From a virus (taxonomy: Duplodnaviria; Caudoviricetes): a stretch of 64,000 nt of DNA. The notes below the pieces were generated by a model that worked only from the letters and a program-made list of their open reading frames with translations, had not been told where the DNA came from and searched no databases. The stretch spans positions 96,001 to 160,000 of IMG/VR virus record IMGVR_UViG_3300038679_000051; one strand, written 5' to 3'. The stretch's first letter is position 1. Every line of letters starts with the position of its first letter. The position numbers were made by a program, and so were the translations under genes. Below, piece after piece: positions 9,040 through 17,829 of the stretch.

Positions 9040-9568
9040 GTTCTATCTCCCATTTAATGGCTGGATCCCTAACAAGATTAAGTGCATGGCAATCTTGTTG
9101 TACTGCTGCCATGCATATTTCAGGTGTTTGTTTTTTAACATGTTGAAGTGCCTGACCATTTCGTTGTACTGCTGCTAAACATATGTCTGGTGTTTGTTCT
9201 TTAATAAAGTGAAGTGCATAACCATCTCGTTTTACTGCTGCCATATATATTTCTGGTGTCTGTTCCCTGACATATTTAAGTGCCCAACCATTTTGTTTTA
9301 CTGCCGCCAGACAGATTTCTGGCGTCTGATTTTTAATGTACTTAAGTGCATAACCATTCTGTTGCACTGCTGCCATACATATAGATAGAAATTGCTTATC
9401 TAATTGTCCGATGATACCAGATAAATTTACTTTATTGTTCAATAACAGCTCAATAATTGTTTCTGGTGGCAAATCACCGCTGAATGCCAAATTTACCGTT
9501 TCCAATGAACGACAGGCTTGAAGCACGTCAGCTAATTGCTCTTTAGTTATGTCTATCATCCAGTGCAT
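9023..9568 (-). CDS. DUF4116-like repeat protein (5 repeats)
   Basis: MHWMIDITKEQL N-terminus; SD GAAAGGAG upstream. Confidence 0.85.
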   Translation of the reverse strand: MHWMIDITKEQLADVLQACRSLETVNLAFSGDLPPETIIELLLNNKVNLSGIIGQLDKQFLSICMAAVQQNGYALKYIKNQTPEICLAAVKQNGWALKYVREQTPEIYMAAVKRDGYALHFIKEQTPDICLAAVQRNGQALQHVKKQTPEICMAAVQQDCHALNLVRDPAIKWEIERALAL

Positions 9569-9599
9569 TCAAGCTCCTTTCTATGATTTGATTAGGTTT

Positions 9600-9655
9600 C
9601 CCATGACGGGGAGAGAACTCCCCGTTTCGACTAGTTACCATCTAGTCATCGTCAA
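9600..9655 (-). ncRNA. Degenerate or truncated type I hammerhead ribozyme (HH-A)
   Basis: UUGACGAU GACUAG-AUGGUAA-CUAGUC GAAA CGGGGAG-UUCU-CUCCCCG UC^AUGGG. Stems II and III are intact; the CUGANGA core is altered and the 5' stem I strand is missing. Confidence 0.55.
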
Positions 9656-9678
9656 TCAAAACGATTTTAATCTCCTTG

Positions 9679-9770
9679 CCCATTACAAGCACACCAACGG
9701 GCGGCGGACTTCTGTGCCTTATAACCCGTGTGGTGTGCTTGTTTCGATCATTAAGATCTCGTCAGATGGG
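9679..9770 (-). ncRNA. Type I hammerhead ribozyme with extended stem III (HH-B)
   Basis: CCCAU CUGACGA GAUC-UUAAU-GAUC GAAA CAAGCACACCA...UGGUGUGCUUG UA^AUGGG; predicted cut between 9684 and 9683. Confidence 0.9.
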
Positions 9771-9954
9771 TTTTACCCTTTCAATTATTCCGTTCGGCAA
9801 TTAAATGGCCTTGACGTGTGCCGCTCACGTCGAACATGATCGGTAACTAATTGAAGTGGCACCTCCTTTCGTGATCTCAAGGGTTTTTATCTTAGATCGT
9901 ACTTGTTCTTGCTCACTCCGTTGGTGTCCGTGCCGCCTTGCTCGCTCCGGCGGG

Positions 9955-10152
9955 TCACAGCTTGCGAAGACGTTTGTGCTGGTCACCTTCAACGTCAATA
10001 ATGACTTCACTTCCATCTTCACATTCTTCCAACTCTTCCTCCGTGCGTTTGCCCTCGTTCACCAACGTCTCGACAGCTTTCTCGTCCGAAATGACCCCTC
10101 TGTTTTGGTCACCGTTACAACCGTCGAACACGATCAGGGCAAATCTGCTCAT
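9955..10152 (-). CDS. Hypothetical acidic protein lying between HH-C and HH-B
   Basis: 65-aa ORF; SD UAAGGAG downstream of the HH-C cleavage site. Confidence 0.6.
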   Translation of the reverse strand: MSRFALIVFDGCNGDQNRGVISDEKAVETLVNEGKRTEEELEECEDGSEVIIDVEGDQHKRLRKL

Positions 10153-10193
10153 GTGTTTTCTCCTTAGAATGGGGTTTTAGGTGGGTTTCTTTT

Positions 10194-10253
10194 CCCGTGA
10201 CGGGGAGCGCTTGTTCCTCTCCCCGTTTCGACCATTCGGTCTCGTCAGACGGG
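10194..10253 (-). ncRNA. Type I hammerhead ribozyme (HH-C)
   Basis: CCCGU CUGACGA GACC-GAAU-GGUC GAAA CGGGGAG-AGGAACAAGCG-CUCCCCG UC^ACGGG. Stem I shows a compensatory A-U to G-C change relative to the other copies. Confidence 0.95.
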
Positions 10254-10329
10254 TTTGTTCTCCTTCAGTCAAGATTTTAAAATGTTTTTGGAAGTGCGGG
10301 TAAAAACCGTATTCCATCCTTGATGGGGT

Positions 10330-10614
10330 CTAAACTTTTCTCATCACTGTCCTGATTGGACATCGCAATTCTACCCATCCAGCCGCTTTACCTGCTTTGA
10401 AGATTATCTTCTTCGGTTTGTTGTTCCATTCATGATCAATGGACAGATCGAGCATTTCATTCAACTCATCGTAACTCAGTTCAACAGCTGGCTGTTCCAT
10501 CATTCCTTCAATGAGTTCATTTAATTCCTTAATTTTACTAACCACCTTAGTTAGCATTAATTTCCGTAATTCAGTTGCATCCAACAGTCTCTCTTCATTC
10601 ATTCTTTTCTCCAA
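10330..10614 (-). CDS. Hypothetical protein
   Basis: 94-aa ORF in a co-oriented run. Confidence 0.5.
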   Translation of the reverse strand: MEKRMNEERLLDATELRKLMLTKVVSKIKELNELIEGMMEQPAVELSYDELNEMLDLSIDHEWNNKPKKIIFKAGKAAGWVELRCPIRTVMRKV

Positions 10615-10626
10615 TCTTATCTGGAT

Positions 10627-10986
10627 CCCTCAATTTGGTTTGATTACTTTGCCCCGTCAATTCTTATTCCTTTAAAATTTTCTTTGTTTTTAGATGCAAG
10701 AAATTTTTCAATGGCTTTTCTTTCGTCTTTGCTTAAATCATAATCCGACATATTAAAATCAATTTCATCTTTACCATCCCAATCGATTTCACCATCATAT
10801 GTAAAAACGTATGCTATTGGTACAAAACTGCTTTTATCTTTTGTTCCAATTTTTTGTGCCCCTATGCCAGTGTAAACACAATCTGATTTTTCCCATGTAA
10901 CTATGCCTAATCTCCATCCTGATTCTAAAATTGCATCTATCTCTTTCCGCATGTTTACTCCTCCCTCAATTTGGTTTGATTACTTT
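10627..10986. repeat. 24-bp direct repeat (10627-10650, 10963-10986) flanking one gene
   Basis: ccctcaatttggtttgattacttt occurs twice; it is the 3' end of the vWA gene. Confidence 0.85.
10644..10952 (-). CDS. Hypothetical protein (direct-repeat-flanked cassette)
   Basis: 102-aa ORF with SD GGAGGAG upstream. Confidence 0.6.
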   Translation of the reverse strand: MRKEIDAILESGWRLGIVTWEKSDCVYTGIGAQKIGTKDKSSFVPIAYVFTYDGEIDWDGKDEIDFNMSDYDLSKDERKAIEKFLASKNKENFKGIRIDGAK

Positions 10987-12288
10987 TCCCCATGTGGGCA
11001 TTTGATTTGAGGATGATACGACATACCACAACATTGGGTATGATTTCTGTTCTGGCCATTCTAGATAACCGTCGGTGATGACTACGTTGACGTCACCGAT
11101 CAAACCGCGTTCTTCTGCCTCTTTCAGTGCTCTGACGATCGACGTCCCACCACGACCGTGGATTTTAATTTTCTTCCAATCACCTTTCCGGTATTTGCTG
11201 ACGTGTTCTATGCCATGATCAAATTCAATTAATCTGATTTTAGATCGGTAGGCGAGTTTTTCAATGTTGCTGAACGCTTCACTGATTTCATCCGGTCCCA
11301 TTGATCCAGACGTATCACAGAATACGCTTAGATCAACCATCGCCCTGCTGGTCGATCCCGGTATGCCGAATCTAGGGAGTCGGCGATTCAATCTGGAAAA
11401 CGTATTGCGTCTTCCGCCGCATTTCTTCCCCATCCATTCGTTCATCTCACGCATCCAATTAGTGCGTACTTCCTTCAATGCTTTGATGGCTTCTTCAAGA
11501 TGACCCGGTGCGTTTCCAGCGGACTTACATGTCTGTGCGACCATGCCATCAACAATCGCACGAGCATCATCCTCATTTGCCGTGCTGTTATCCCACATAC
11601 CATGATCATCAACCATTTCTGGTTTAGCACCGCACGTCGGACACGTATGTTCATCCTTCTCCTGACCCTGATCATCCTGATTTTGACTACCTCCACCACC
11701 TTGGCCTTGATTCTGGCCTTGATTCTGGCCTTGACCCTTCTGATTCTGGCCTTGACCCTTACCCTTACTCTGGTCATTTTTTGCATTCGGGTCGAAATGA
11801 ATGACCATTGCACCGCATGTCGGACAGATAGTAGAATTTTTCTTCAACCAGTCGTAATACTGTTCTGTGCCGAGATTGCTTTCCGGTGCCGTATACCATA
11901 CGACACTATTTGGAAGATAACATTTTTCGCTATAATCTTTGCCCACGATCTTGATGTTTGGATTATCTTTTGTGCCATTGACAATCGCATCAGCCGCGAT
12001 GTTCCAACATTCCTTGATCCTACTCATTTTCCTGATGCAGTGCAATCTGATGATATGATCAATTTCATGTATGATCACACATGCTAATCCCTCATTACTG
12101 AGACTATCGACGAATTCACGATTGTAGACCGAATCCACCGTGCCATCAGAAATGACCGACACGCCCATCGTTTTACAGTCTCTAGCATTTACCTCACGCC
12201 ACCTCATCATTGAAGCGAAAGTCCCATACCATGGCTTCCGCATAAGAAGTTGGCAGCGCACTTTTTGAATTCTTTCCATTTGGATCAT
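10966..12288 (-). CDS. DUF2201-type metallopeptidase-vWA protein (partner of the MoxR AAA)
   Basis: HEIDH zinc motif, WNIAADAIVN, a Q/G-rich linker, then DTSGSM MIDAS, GRGGT and VITDG. Confidence 0.9.
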   Translation of the reverse strand: MIQMERIQKVRCQLLMRKPWYGTFASMMRWREVNARDCKTMGVSVISDGTVDSVYNREFVDSLSNEGLACVIIHEIDHIIRLHCIRKMSRIKECWNIAADAIVNGTKDNPNIKIVGKDYSEKCYLPNSVVWYTAPESNLGTEQYYDWLKKNSTICPTCGAMVIHFDPNAKNDQSKGKGQGQNQKGQGQNQGQNQGQGGGGSQNQDDQGQEKDEHTCPTCGAKPEMVDDHGMWDNSTANEDDARAIVDGMVAQTCKSAGNAPGHLEEAIKALKEVRTNWMREMNEWMGKKCGGRRNTFSRLNRRLPRFGIPGSTSRAMVDLSVFCDTSGSMGPDEISEAFSNIEKLAYRSKIRLIEFDHGIEHVSKYRKGDWKKIKIHGRGGTSIVRALKEAEERGLIGDVNVVITDGYLEWPEQKSYPMLWYVVSSSNQMPTWGKVIKPN

Positions 12289-12359
12289 TTGTCACCTCCT
12301 TCTCTAGTATTTTTGTCAAACATAAACCGTGGGATGGAACAACAATTGAAAGGAACATC

Positions 12360-13415
12360 ATGTTCAACTGGATCAAAACTCAAAATTCTTTACCTCCTTT
12401 CATCGCAGTCGTCAACTGTGATGACTGCGGTGTTGAAATGACGAGGAAAATACGTCGCGAATCAGATTTACAAATTACTAAACATCATTGTAAACGATGT
12501 ACTGCGAAAAGACAATGGCAGGACCCAAAGTTTCGTGAACTCGTGGTTTCAAGCAGTAGGAAAATTTGGAATGACGAGGAACGTCGTACTAAAATGAGTA
12601 AGATACGAACTGATCCTATTCACGTTGCTAAACTCATTGAGAGGAATAAGACAATCAAACCAGACCCAATAAAGGCGTCGATTGCAGCTAAAGCAACTTG
12701 GCAGAAAATTTTATCGGATCATGAACGACATGTTGCTGCCATAAAAGCAAGAACGAGACAAGCAAAAGAAGCATGGACAAACGACGAATTTCGCAATAAG
12801 GTCGTCATGAATAATAGAAAAAATTGGCAAAACGATGAATATCGTACATCAATCGTCGAATCGTCGAAAGAATTGTGGAAAAATAAGGAGTATAGAGATA
12901 AGATACTCAATAAATTACAAGATCCGGAATATCGCATCAAAATGGCAGAGAAAATGCGCAATAAGTGGCGCACCGACGAACAATTTAGACAAAAAATGCG
13001 CGACCAACCAAAAGTTTCAAGCATTCAAAAGACGCTTTATTCCATATTAGATGATCTTAAAATCAATTATTTTAAAGAACGTGAAGATGGACCGTCAGAC
13101 AAAGAATGTATGATCGGTCCGTATCAATTCGATTGTGTCATTCCTCGTGGCAACAAAACGTTACTCATCGAATGTCAGGGTGATTATTGGCATTCAAAGC
13201 CGGACATCATCAGTAGAGATGCGGCAAAATCTTCTTATATAATGAATAATTTTCCAAATCAATATGAAATTAGATATCTTTGGGAACATGAATTTTCACA
13301 GAAAGATAGAATCGTCAATACTATTAAGCATTGGCTCGACATTAACCAGATCGACGTCGTTGACTTTGAATCACAAAATTGCGTGTCTAACGGCTCATTA
13401 ACTGATCGACGATGA
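12360..13415 (+). CDS. Putative homing endonuclease: basic helical repeats plus a DUF559/Vsr-like PD-(D/E)xK nuclease
   Basis: N-terminal CxxC...CxxC, repeated W.N.EYR.K units, C-terminal YQFDCVIP...LIECQGDYWH...IRYLWE; the only plus-strand gene in the left block. Confidence 0.75.
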   Translation: MFNWIKTQNSLPPFIAVVNCDDCGVEMTRKIRRESDLQITKHHCKRCTAKRQWQDPKFRELVVSSSRKIWNDEERRTKMSKIRTDPIHVAKLIERNKTIKPDPIKASIAAKATWQKILSDHERHVAAIKARTRQAKEAWTNDEFRNKVVMNNRKNWQNDEYRTSIVESSKELWKNKEYRDKILNKLQDPEYRIKMAEKMRNKWRTDEQFRQKMRDQPKVSSIQKTLYSILDDLKINYFKEREDGPSDKECMIGPYQFDCVIPRGNKTLLIECQGDYWHSKPDIISRDAAKSSYIMNNFPNQYEIRYLWEHEFSQKDRIVNTIKHWLDINQIDVVDFESQNCVSNGSLTDRR

Positions 13416-13999
13416 GGATTACGCTGTTCTCGGAGACATCCAATCACGATGAGACCGGCATCGTGCCGTAATCGCCGCCCTATCTGGATTAATGGCACAT
13501 CCTCCGCAACCTCTGAAATGACGACGTTGGTGTCCTTAACCAAATAATCGTTGATTCGTCTAGTCCCCGTTGGAAGATTAAAGTGAACGATGCCTTTGTC
13601 ATCGAACTTTTCAATCGTTCCCTTATCCAACATTTTCTTAATCAATTCATCGCGTTGTTTGATGATTTCCTCCGGTGGGGTGGGGATTTTACTTACCGCC
13701 TTGCGTTTGGATGCAATGATCTTTGGTATTCCGGCCATCAACGCATCTATGTCCGCATAATAATTGTTGTTGATGCGAAATTGTTTGCCTTGAATATAAA
13801 CGTTCCAATCAAACGTCTTGCCGTCAATTTCAATTTGCATTTGCGCAAGCAACAGGGAACCATACCTGGCAAATTGTGAACCTCTAGCTTCCGGAGAGAT
13901 GGAGATCACGTATCTCACGCCGTCAATCTTGGGCCATTTCTCCCCAAGTCTCTGTCTGACCAACGCATTGATCTCGTCTATCAATTCTTTGCCGTTCAT
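13259..13999 (-). CDS. Hypothetical protein; 3' end overlaps the convergent endonuclease
   Basis: 246-aa ORF with SD GAGGAG upstream. Confidence 0.55.
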   Translation of the reverse strand: MNGKELIDEINALVRQRLGEKWPKIDGVRYVISISPEARGSQFARYGSLLLAQMQIEIDGKTFDWNVYIQGKQFRINNNYYADIDALMAGIPKIIASKRKAVSKIPTPPEEIIKQRDELIKKMLDKGTIEKFDDKGIVHFNLPTGTRRINDYLVKDTNVVISEVAEDVPLIQIGRRLRHDAGLIVIGCLREQRNPHRRSVNEPLDTQFCDSKSTTSIWLMSSQCLIVLTILSFCENSCSQRYLISY

Positions 14000-14046
14000 T
14001 CTTGCTCCTCTCTTTCTTCGTCATGAGCGTCGTGACCAATTTCGTT

Positions 14047-14736
14047 TCAACATTCTTTCTCCTTTAACCATTCCCCAAACTTCTTGTCGGTCGCGTCGGC
14101 TCCCGTTTGCATTTCACCTACGAAGCGTTTAAACGTCTCGCTTCTTTCATCGTCGCCCAGTTTAATCAACACCGCATCGGCAGCCACGATGAAATGCATG
14201 AAATTGTTCTTATTGAGATGCACTCTTCGGTATGAGATCCAGTCGATCAACTTTCCAATTTCACCGAATTGCGACTGCAGTCGCAGACTGAGTTCTTTGG
14301 CCATCAGCTTCAAATTGTCCAGCGGGAAGTCGCCGGATTTCATCTTGTTCTTTTTCATTCGTTCTCTTCGCGTTTTCTGTTTCGGATCATAGATCAGAAG
14401 TCCGTCTTTGAACTTTATGTCGTCCGGCAATTTCGTGTAAGGATAGTCAATTACTATTGCACCGTATTTCTTTGCCAATTCACATGCTCTGTTTACGTCT
14501 TGACCGACAAAGACCGGTTTTTCGCTTACTCTTATGTTGTTCCAGTTGGTTTTAATCCAGGTCAGATCGGCGTCTTCCAACGATTCTTTCATGCAGGTAG
14601 CGCTTATTGCTGCGATGATCTCTTCTCTTCCACCGTAAATCACTTCACCGGTGGCGTTGATCAGTGGTTCTGGATTGACGCTCATCTCCCACGTGCCGTC
14701 CTCGTTTTTAACTGCTCCCAGCACTTCCATTTCCAT
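14047..14736 (-). CDS. Hypothetical protein
   Basis: 229-aa ORF; SD GAAAGGAGG directly downstream of HH-D. Confidence 0.65.
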   Translation of the reverse strand: MEMEVLGAVKNEDGTWEMSVNPEPLINATGEVIYGGREEIIAAISATCMKESLEDADLTWIKTNWNNIRVSEKPVFVGQDVNRACELAKKYGAIVIDYPYTKLPDDIKFKDGLLIYDPKQKTRRERMKKNKMKSGDFPLDNLKLMAKELSLRLQSQFGEIGKLIDWISYRRVHLNKNNFMHFIVAADAVLIKLGDDERSETFKRFVGEMQTGADATDKKFGEWLKEKEC

Positions 14737-14759
14737 GTTATCCTCCTTTCGATTAGGCT

Positions 14760-14816
14760 CCCATTAGGGGAGAAAATCCTCCCCTTTCATTCCTGCCACG
14801 GAAATCATCAGATGGG
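14760..14816 (-). ncRNA. Type I hammerhead ribozyme (HH-D) with an atypical U-U at the base of stem II
   Basis: CCCAU CUGAUGA UUUCC-GUGGCA-GGAAU GAAA GGGGAG-GAUUUU-CUCCCC UA^AUGGG. Confidence 0.8.
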
Positions 14817-15107
14817 CAAAGATGAGTGATAAAACTGAAGAACTAAATGTCCTTGTACTTCTTCACTGACCAGACCGTTTTCCAGCGGCGGATTGACGTC
14901 GTTCGAGAAATTTGCAAGGTGTCCATCCGGTACGGAAACGATCGAACAATGTGGATAACCGCTGCCAAAGTCTAAAGCAATTTTTCTTGCTTCTTCTTGA
15001 TTGAGATGTCCTGGAAGGACGATCGGCTTCACATCATCGTCGAGTCGTCCTTCCATGGTTGGAACTACGATGGTAACATTCATTTTGTCAGCGATCCCCT
15101 CGGTCAT
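14808..15107 (-). CDS. Hypothetical protein whose stop codon lies in the HH-D core
   Basis: Ends ...CCC ATC TGA TGA. Confidence 0.55.
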   Translation of the reverse strand: MTEGIADKMNVTIVVPTMEGRLDDDVKPIVLPGHLNQEEARKIALDFGSGYPHCSIVSVPDGHLANFSNDVNPPLENGLVSEEVQGHLVLQFYHSSLPI

Positions 15108-15113
15108 GACTGT

Positions 15114-15770
15114 TTATTTCTCCAGCACGTCCACTTTGATGTCGGCGATCGCTAAAGCGACGTTAGCGAATCCTGACGCGCCGAGCGTCTTGCGGGCGAT
15201 TTCAGCACGAACCGCTCTTTCCATCGTGCCGATCTTGGAGAGTTTCGTGCGGATTTCGATGATCTTCCGTTGGGCGTCATCGATCGCCTTTTCCAGCATT
15301 TCGTTGCGTTTGATCGCTTTCTTTTCCTCGTCGTTCAACTTCCGTTCCAGTTGCGCATCGTACAGGTTGTTGCAGTATGAGTGTTCTTTGTCAACCGAAA
15401 CGACCACGCTCAACATGAGCGTTTCTGCCTTTTCACACGGTCCCACGATTGACGCCTGCATGCTGCATTTCACTTTCACGTTCAGATCCTTGTACGCTTC
15501 CAGCAGCTTTTTCACTTTCGGCGTCCAGTAATTGGTCGCTGACTGAGAAGTCATCTTTTCGAAGCCGTCCTTGTTCTCTTTCAGTTCTTTTTTCGTCGCC
15601 GCCAGTTCGGCCACGATCTTTTTCTCCTCCACCATCAATTTGTTTTCAAATTCAGAGACCTTAATTGCCACCAGATCTCCCGTCGTCACCTGGGCGCTCA
15701 GCGTGGTGACGTTCTTCACATCGAGTTCTTTCTTCATCAGCATCTTCCTCCTTGAAAAGGTGGTTCCCAC
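15114..15770 (-). CDS. Coiled-coil hypothetical protein (likely start MLMKKE)
   Basis: Heptad-rich K/E sequence; SD AAGGAGG before MLMKK. Confidence 0.6.
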   Translation of the reverse strand: MGTTFSRRKMLMKKELDVKNVTTLSAQVTTGDLVAIKVSEFENKLMVEEKKIVAELAATKKELKENKDGFEKMTSQSATNYWTPKVKKLLEAYKDLNVKVKCSMQASIVGPCEKAETLMLSVVVSVDKEHSYCNNLYDAQLERKLNDEEKKAIKRNEMLEKAIDDAQRKIIEIRTKLSKIGTMERAVRAEIARKTLGASGFANVALAIADIKVDVLEK

Positions 15771-15787
15771 GTCCCCTTCTTGACTTT

Positions 15788-15849
15788 CCCATTAGGGGAG
15801 GATTTCCTCTCCCCTTTCGGCTGGTCGTCATCCAACCTCATCAGATGGG
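15788..15849 (-). ncRNA. Type I hammerhead ribozyme (HH-E)
   Basis: CCCAU CUGAUGA GGUUGG-AUGACGA-CCAGCC GAAA GGGGAG-AGGAAAUC-CUCCCC UA^AUGGG. Confidence 0.93.
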
Positions 15850-16128
15850 CCGTTGAAGTTCAGAGCCAGGATACGTTTCAAAAAATTCAGGATCTTCAGG
15901 ATCAAGACACGGAAATTCTTTCTTTATCCTTGCTGGAATCCCCATCAAATCATCCAGCGTCGCCCTGCGTTCAGTGTGATCATCCGTCAAATCACCCACG
16001 TTGTAAGCCGTCCCGTTCCCATTGACGCAATGCTCTTCTGCCACGTAGACCATTTTACCATTTTCCAAAACAAGAATTTGGTAAAGTCCGTCAGCATCCA
16101 CGTTAATTGACGTCCTAATCTTTGCCAT
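15841..16128 (-). CDS. Hypothetical protein whose stop codon lies in the HH-E core
   Basis: SD GAGGAGG upstream; ends ...CCC ATC TGA TGA. Confidence 0.6.
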   Translation of the reverse strand: MAKIRTSINVDADGLYQILVLENGKMVYVAEEHCVNGNGTAYNVGDLTDDHTERRATLDDLMGIPARIKKEFPCLDPEDPEFFETYPGSELQRPI

Positions 16129-16164
16129 CTGATTTCCTCCTCTTGAGTAAATCTGAACGTGGTC

Positions 16165-17334
16165 TTAATCAGGAGAACCTCTTGGTGCCATTTCCGTTTC
16201 GTCTTTTGACATCAGTTGTTTTGTCAACTCGAAGATTTTGGTTCTGCTCGGTATTTCTTTCAGCCAAATGTTGTTCGTCTTTGACATGATGTCGGCGACG
16301 GCTGCATTAGCCACGATCACAATTCCCATGGTTTGATATTGCGGCTTAAGGATTTGTGAGGCTAAGACTATGGCCATGTCTTTTTCCTTCGAGTCGCAGA
16401 GATGTTCCACGAAATCAAAGACATTGCTGACTTGCGCTTTGGTTACTTTCTTGTCCAAATTTCTGATATATGAAACCACACCCCACACCAGACCGGCCAT
16501 CAGATCACGGCTTATTTCTCGTCCCAGATCATAGATCGGTTTCACGCCATAATTCAGGATGTCCTTCGGTTCGATCTCGAAATTGACCTTTTCATATTGG
16601 ATGGCCAATTCACGACCGATCAATCCCGCTCTGACGTCACGCACGACGTCCAATGGGAATTCTGGGGCATGTTTCTCAATGCGTCCCACTGCCTCCCACA
16701 ATCGCGGTGATGGTTCGATCTTGAAATCCAATGAACCTTTTTCTCTCGTGCAGAGATTGGCCGGATCTGAACCGATGAACTGAATGATCCGCGTAACTTC
16801 CGTATTTGTTCTGTTGGTCACGTAGCTCATCCATTCCGTCATGTAATCCTCTGACATGGTCAATTCTACGTGGCAGAATCGTCCAATGAATGCCTTACAG
16901 AAATCGTTGACGTGGTATCCGTTGTTGTAATTGCCAGCACTGACCACTGACCAACCAGTGAAATTATCATTGTCGTCGTATGAGGTTGGTAACTCGTACG
17001 TGCCAATTCTCCTCTCAACGATCAATTGGAACGCCGCCTGAATGACCGGGTCATCTGCTCGATTTAATTCATCCAGAAAGAACAACCCCTGTCCCTCGCG
17101 GGGCAACTCCGCTGGTGGGCGATAGATCGTATAGCCGTTTTCTTTGTCCGGAAATCCTCGGAGATCCGTGGCCTCGATCTGTGCAGCCCGATAATCCACA
17201 AAACCAATTTGCATTTCTTGTGTAACTTGTCTGACGATGCTTGACTTACCCATCCCATGATGACCCCAAATCATGATGGGCACTTGTACTTTGTGACACA
17301 GTCCGATCGCACCCTTCAATTCAGCTACATTCAT
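16165..17334 (-). CDS. MoxR-like AAA+ ATPase
   Basis: Walker A WGHHGMGKS, DLRGFP, Walker B FFLDELNRA, AGN, RFCH and PSPR motifs. Confidence 0.9.
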   Translation of the reverse strand: MNVAELKGAIGLCHKVQVPIMIWGHHGMGKSSIVRQVTQEMQIGFVDYRAAQIEATDLRGFPDKENGYTIYRPPAELPREGQGLFFLDELNRADDPVIQAAFQLIVERRIGTYELPTSYDDNDNFTGWSVVSAGNYNNGYHVNDFCKAFIGRFCHVELTMSEDYMTEWMSYVTNRTNTEVTRIIQFIGSDPANLCTREKGSLDFKIEPSPRLWEAVGRIEKHAPEFPLDVVRDVRAGLIGRELAIQYEKVNFEIEPKDILNYGVKPIYDLGREISRDLMAGLVWGVVSYIRNLDKKVTKAQVSNVFDFVEHLCDSKEKDMAIVLASQILKPQYQTMGIVIVANAAVADIMSKTNNIWLKEIPSRTKIFELTKQLMSKDETEMAPRGSPD

Positions 17335-17423
17335 TTCTGTCTCCTTTCATCGCCCCCAACCATTAAATCCGTTCTTCTATCGCGTAAACATTGCGAAATG
17401 TCTGTCATCTCAGAGAACCATTG

Positions 17424-17660
17424 TCATACAGAACGATTAGAAGTTTGGTTCATGAACAGCCCTTCACGTTCGATGCGTGATAATTGCCTTAGATCAGCGG
17501 CAGATAAATCATGGCGCGTCCCCGACGGGGAGATGAACGTCCAGTCGGATTCACATCGCCATCCAGATTCCCAACAACGTGTCACTGCATCTAACCACAT
17601 TTTGTACTTCTCAGAACTCGTTTTCGTTTCATTCATTTGTAACCTCCAACTCAGTACCAC
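17424..17660 (-). CDS. Hypothetical protein
   Basis: 78-aa ORF; WTFISPSGTRHDLSAADL motif. Confidence 0.5.
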   Translation of the reverse strand: MVLSWRLQMNETKTSSEKYKMWLDAVTRCWESGWRCESDWTFISPSGTRHDLSAADLRQLSRIEREGLFMNQTSNRSV

Positions 17661-17820
17661 GAATCAGAATTGATCGGCCATCGTCAAACGTCACTTCCCA
17701 CATACAAGGCGGGACTTCCCCGACAATTTTAGTGATTTTGCCGACCATGCCATCATATTTTGGATGCGTCTCACCCTTCACTCTAATCGTAACGCGATCA
17801 CCGACTTTGTTTTTGCTCAT
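17629..17820 (-). CDS. Small SH3/KOW-like protein
   Basis: KVGDRVTI...GMVGKITKI...WEVTFDDG...ELE pattern. Confidence 0.55.
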   Translation of the reverse strand: MSKNKVGDRVTIRVKGETHPKYDGMVGKITKIVGEVPPCMWEVTFDDGRSILIRGTELEVTNE

Positions 17821-17829
17821 GCACCCCTC

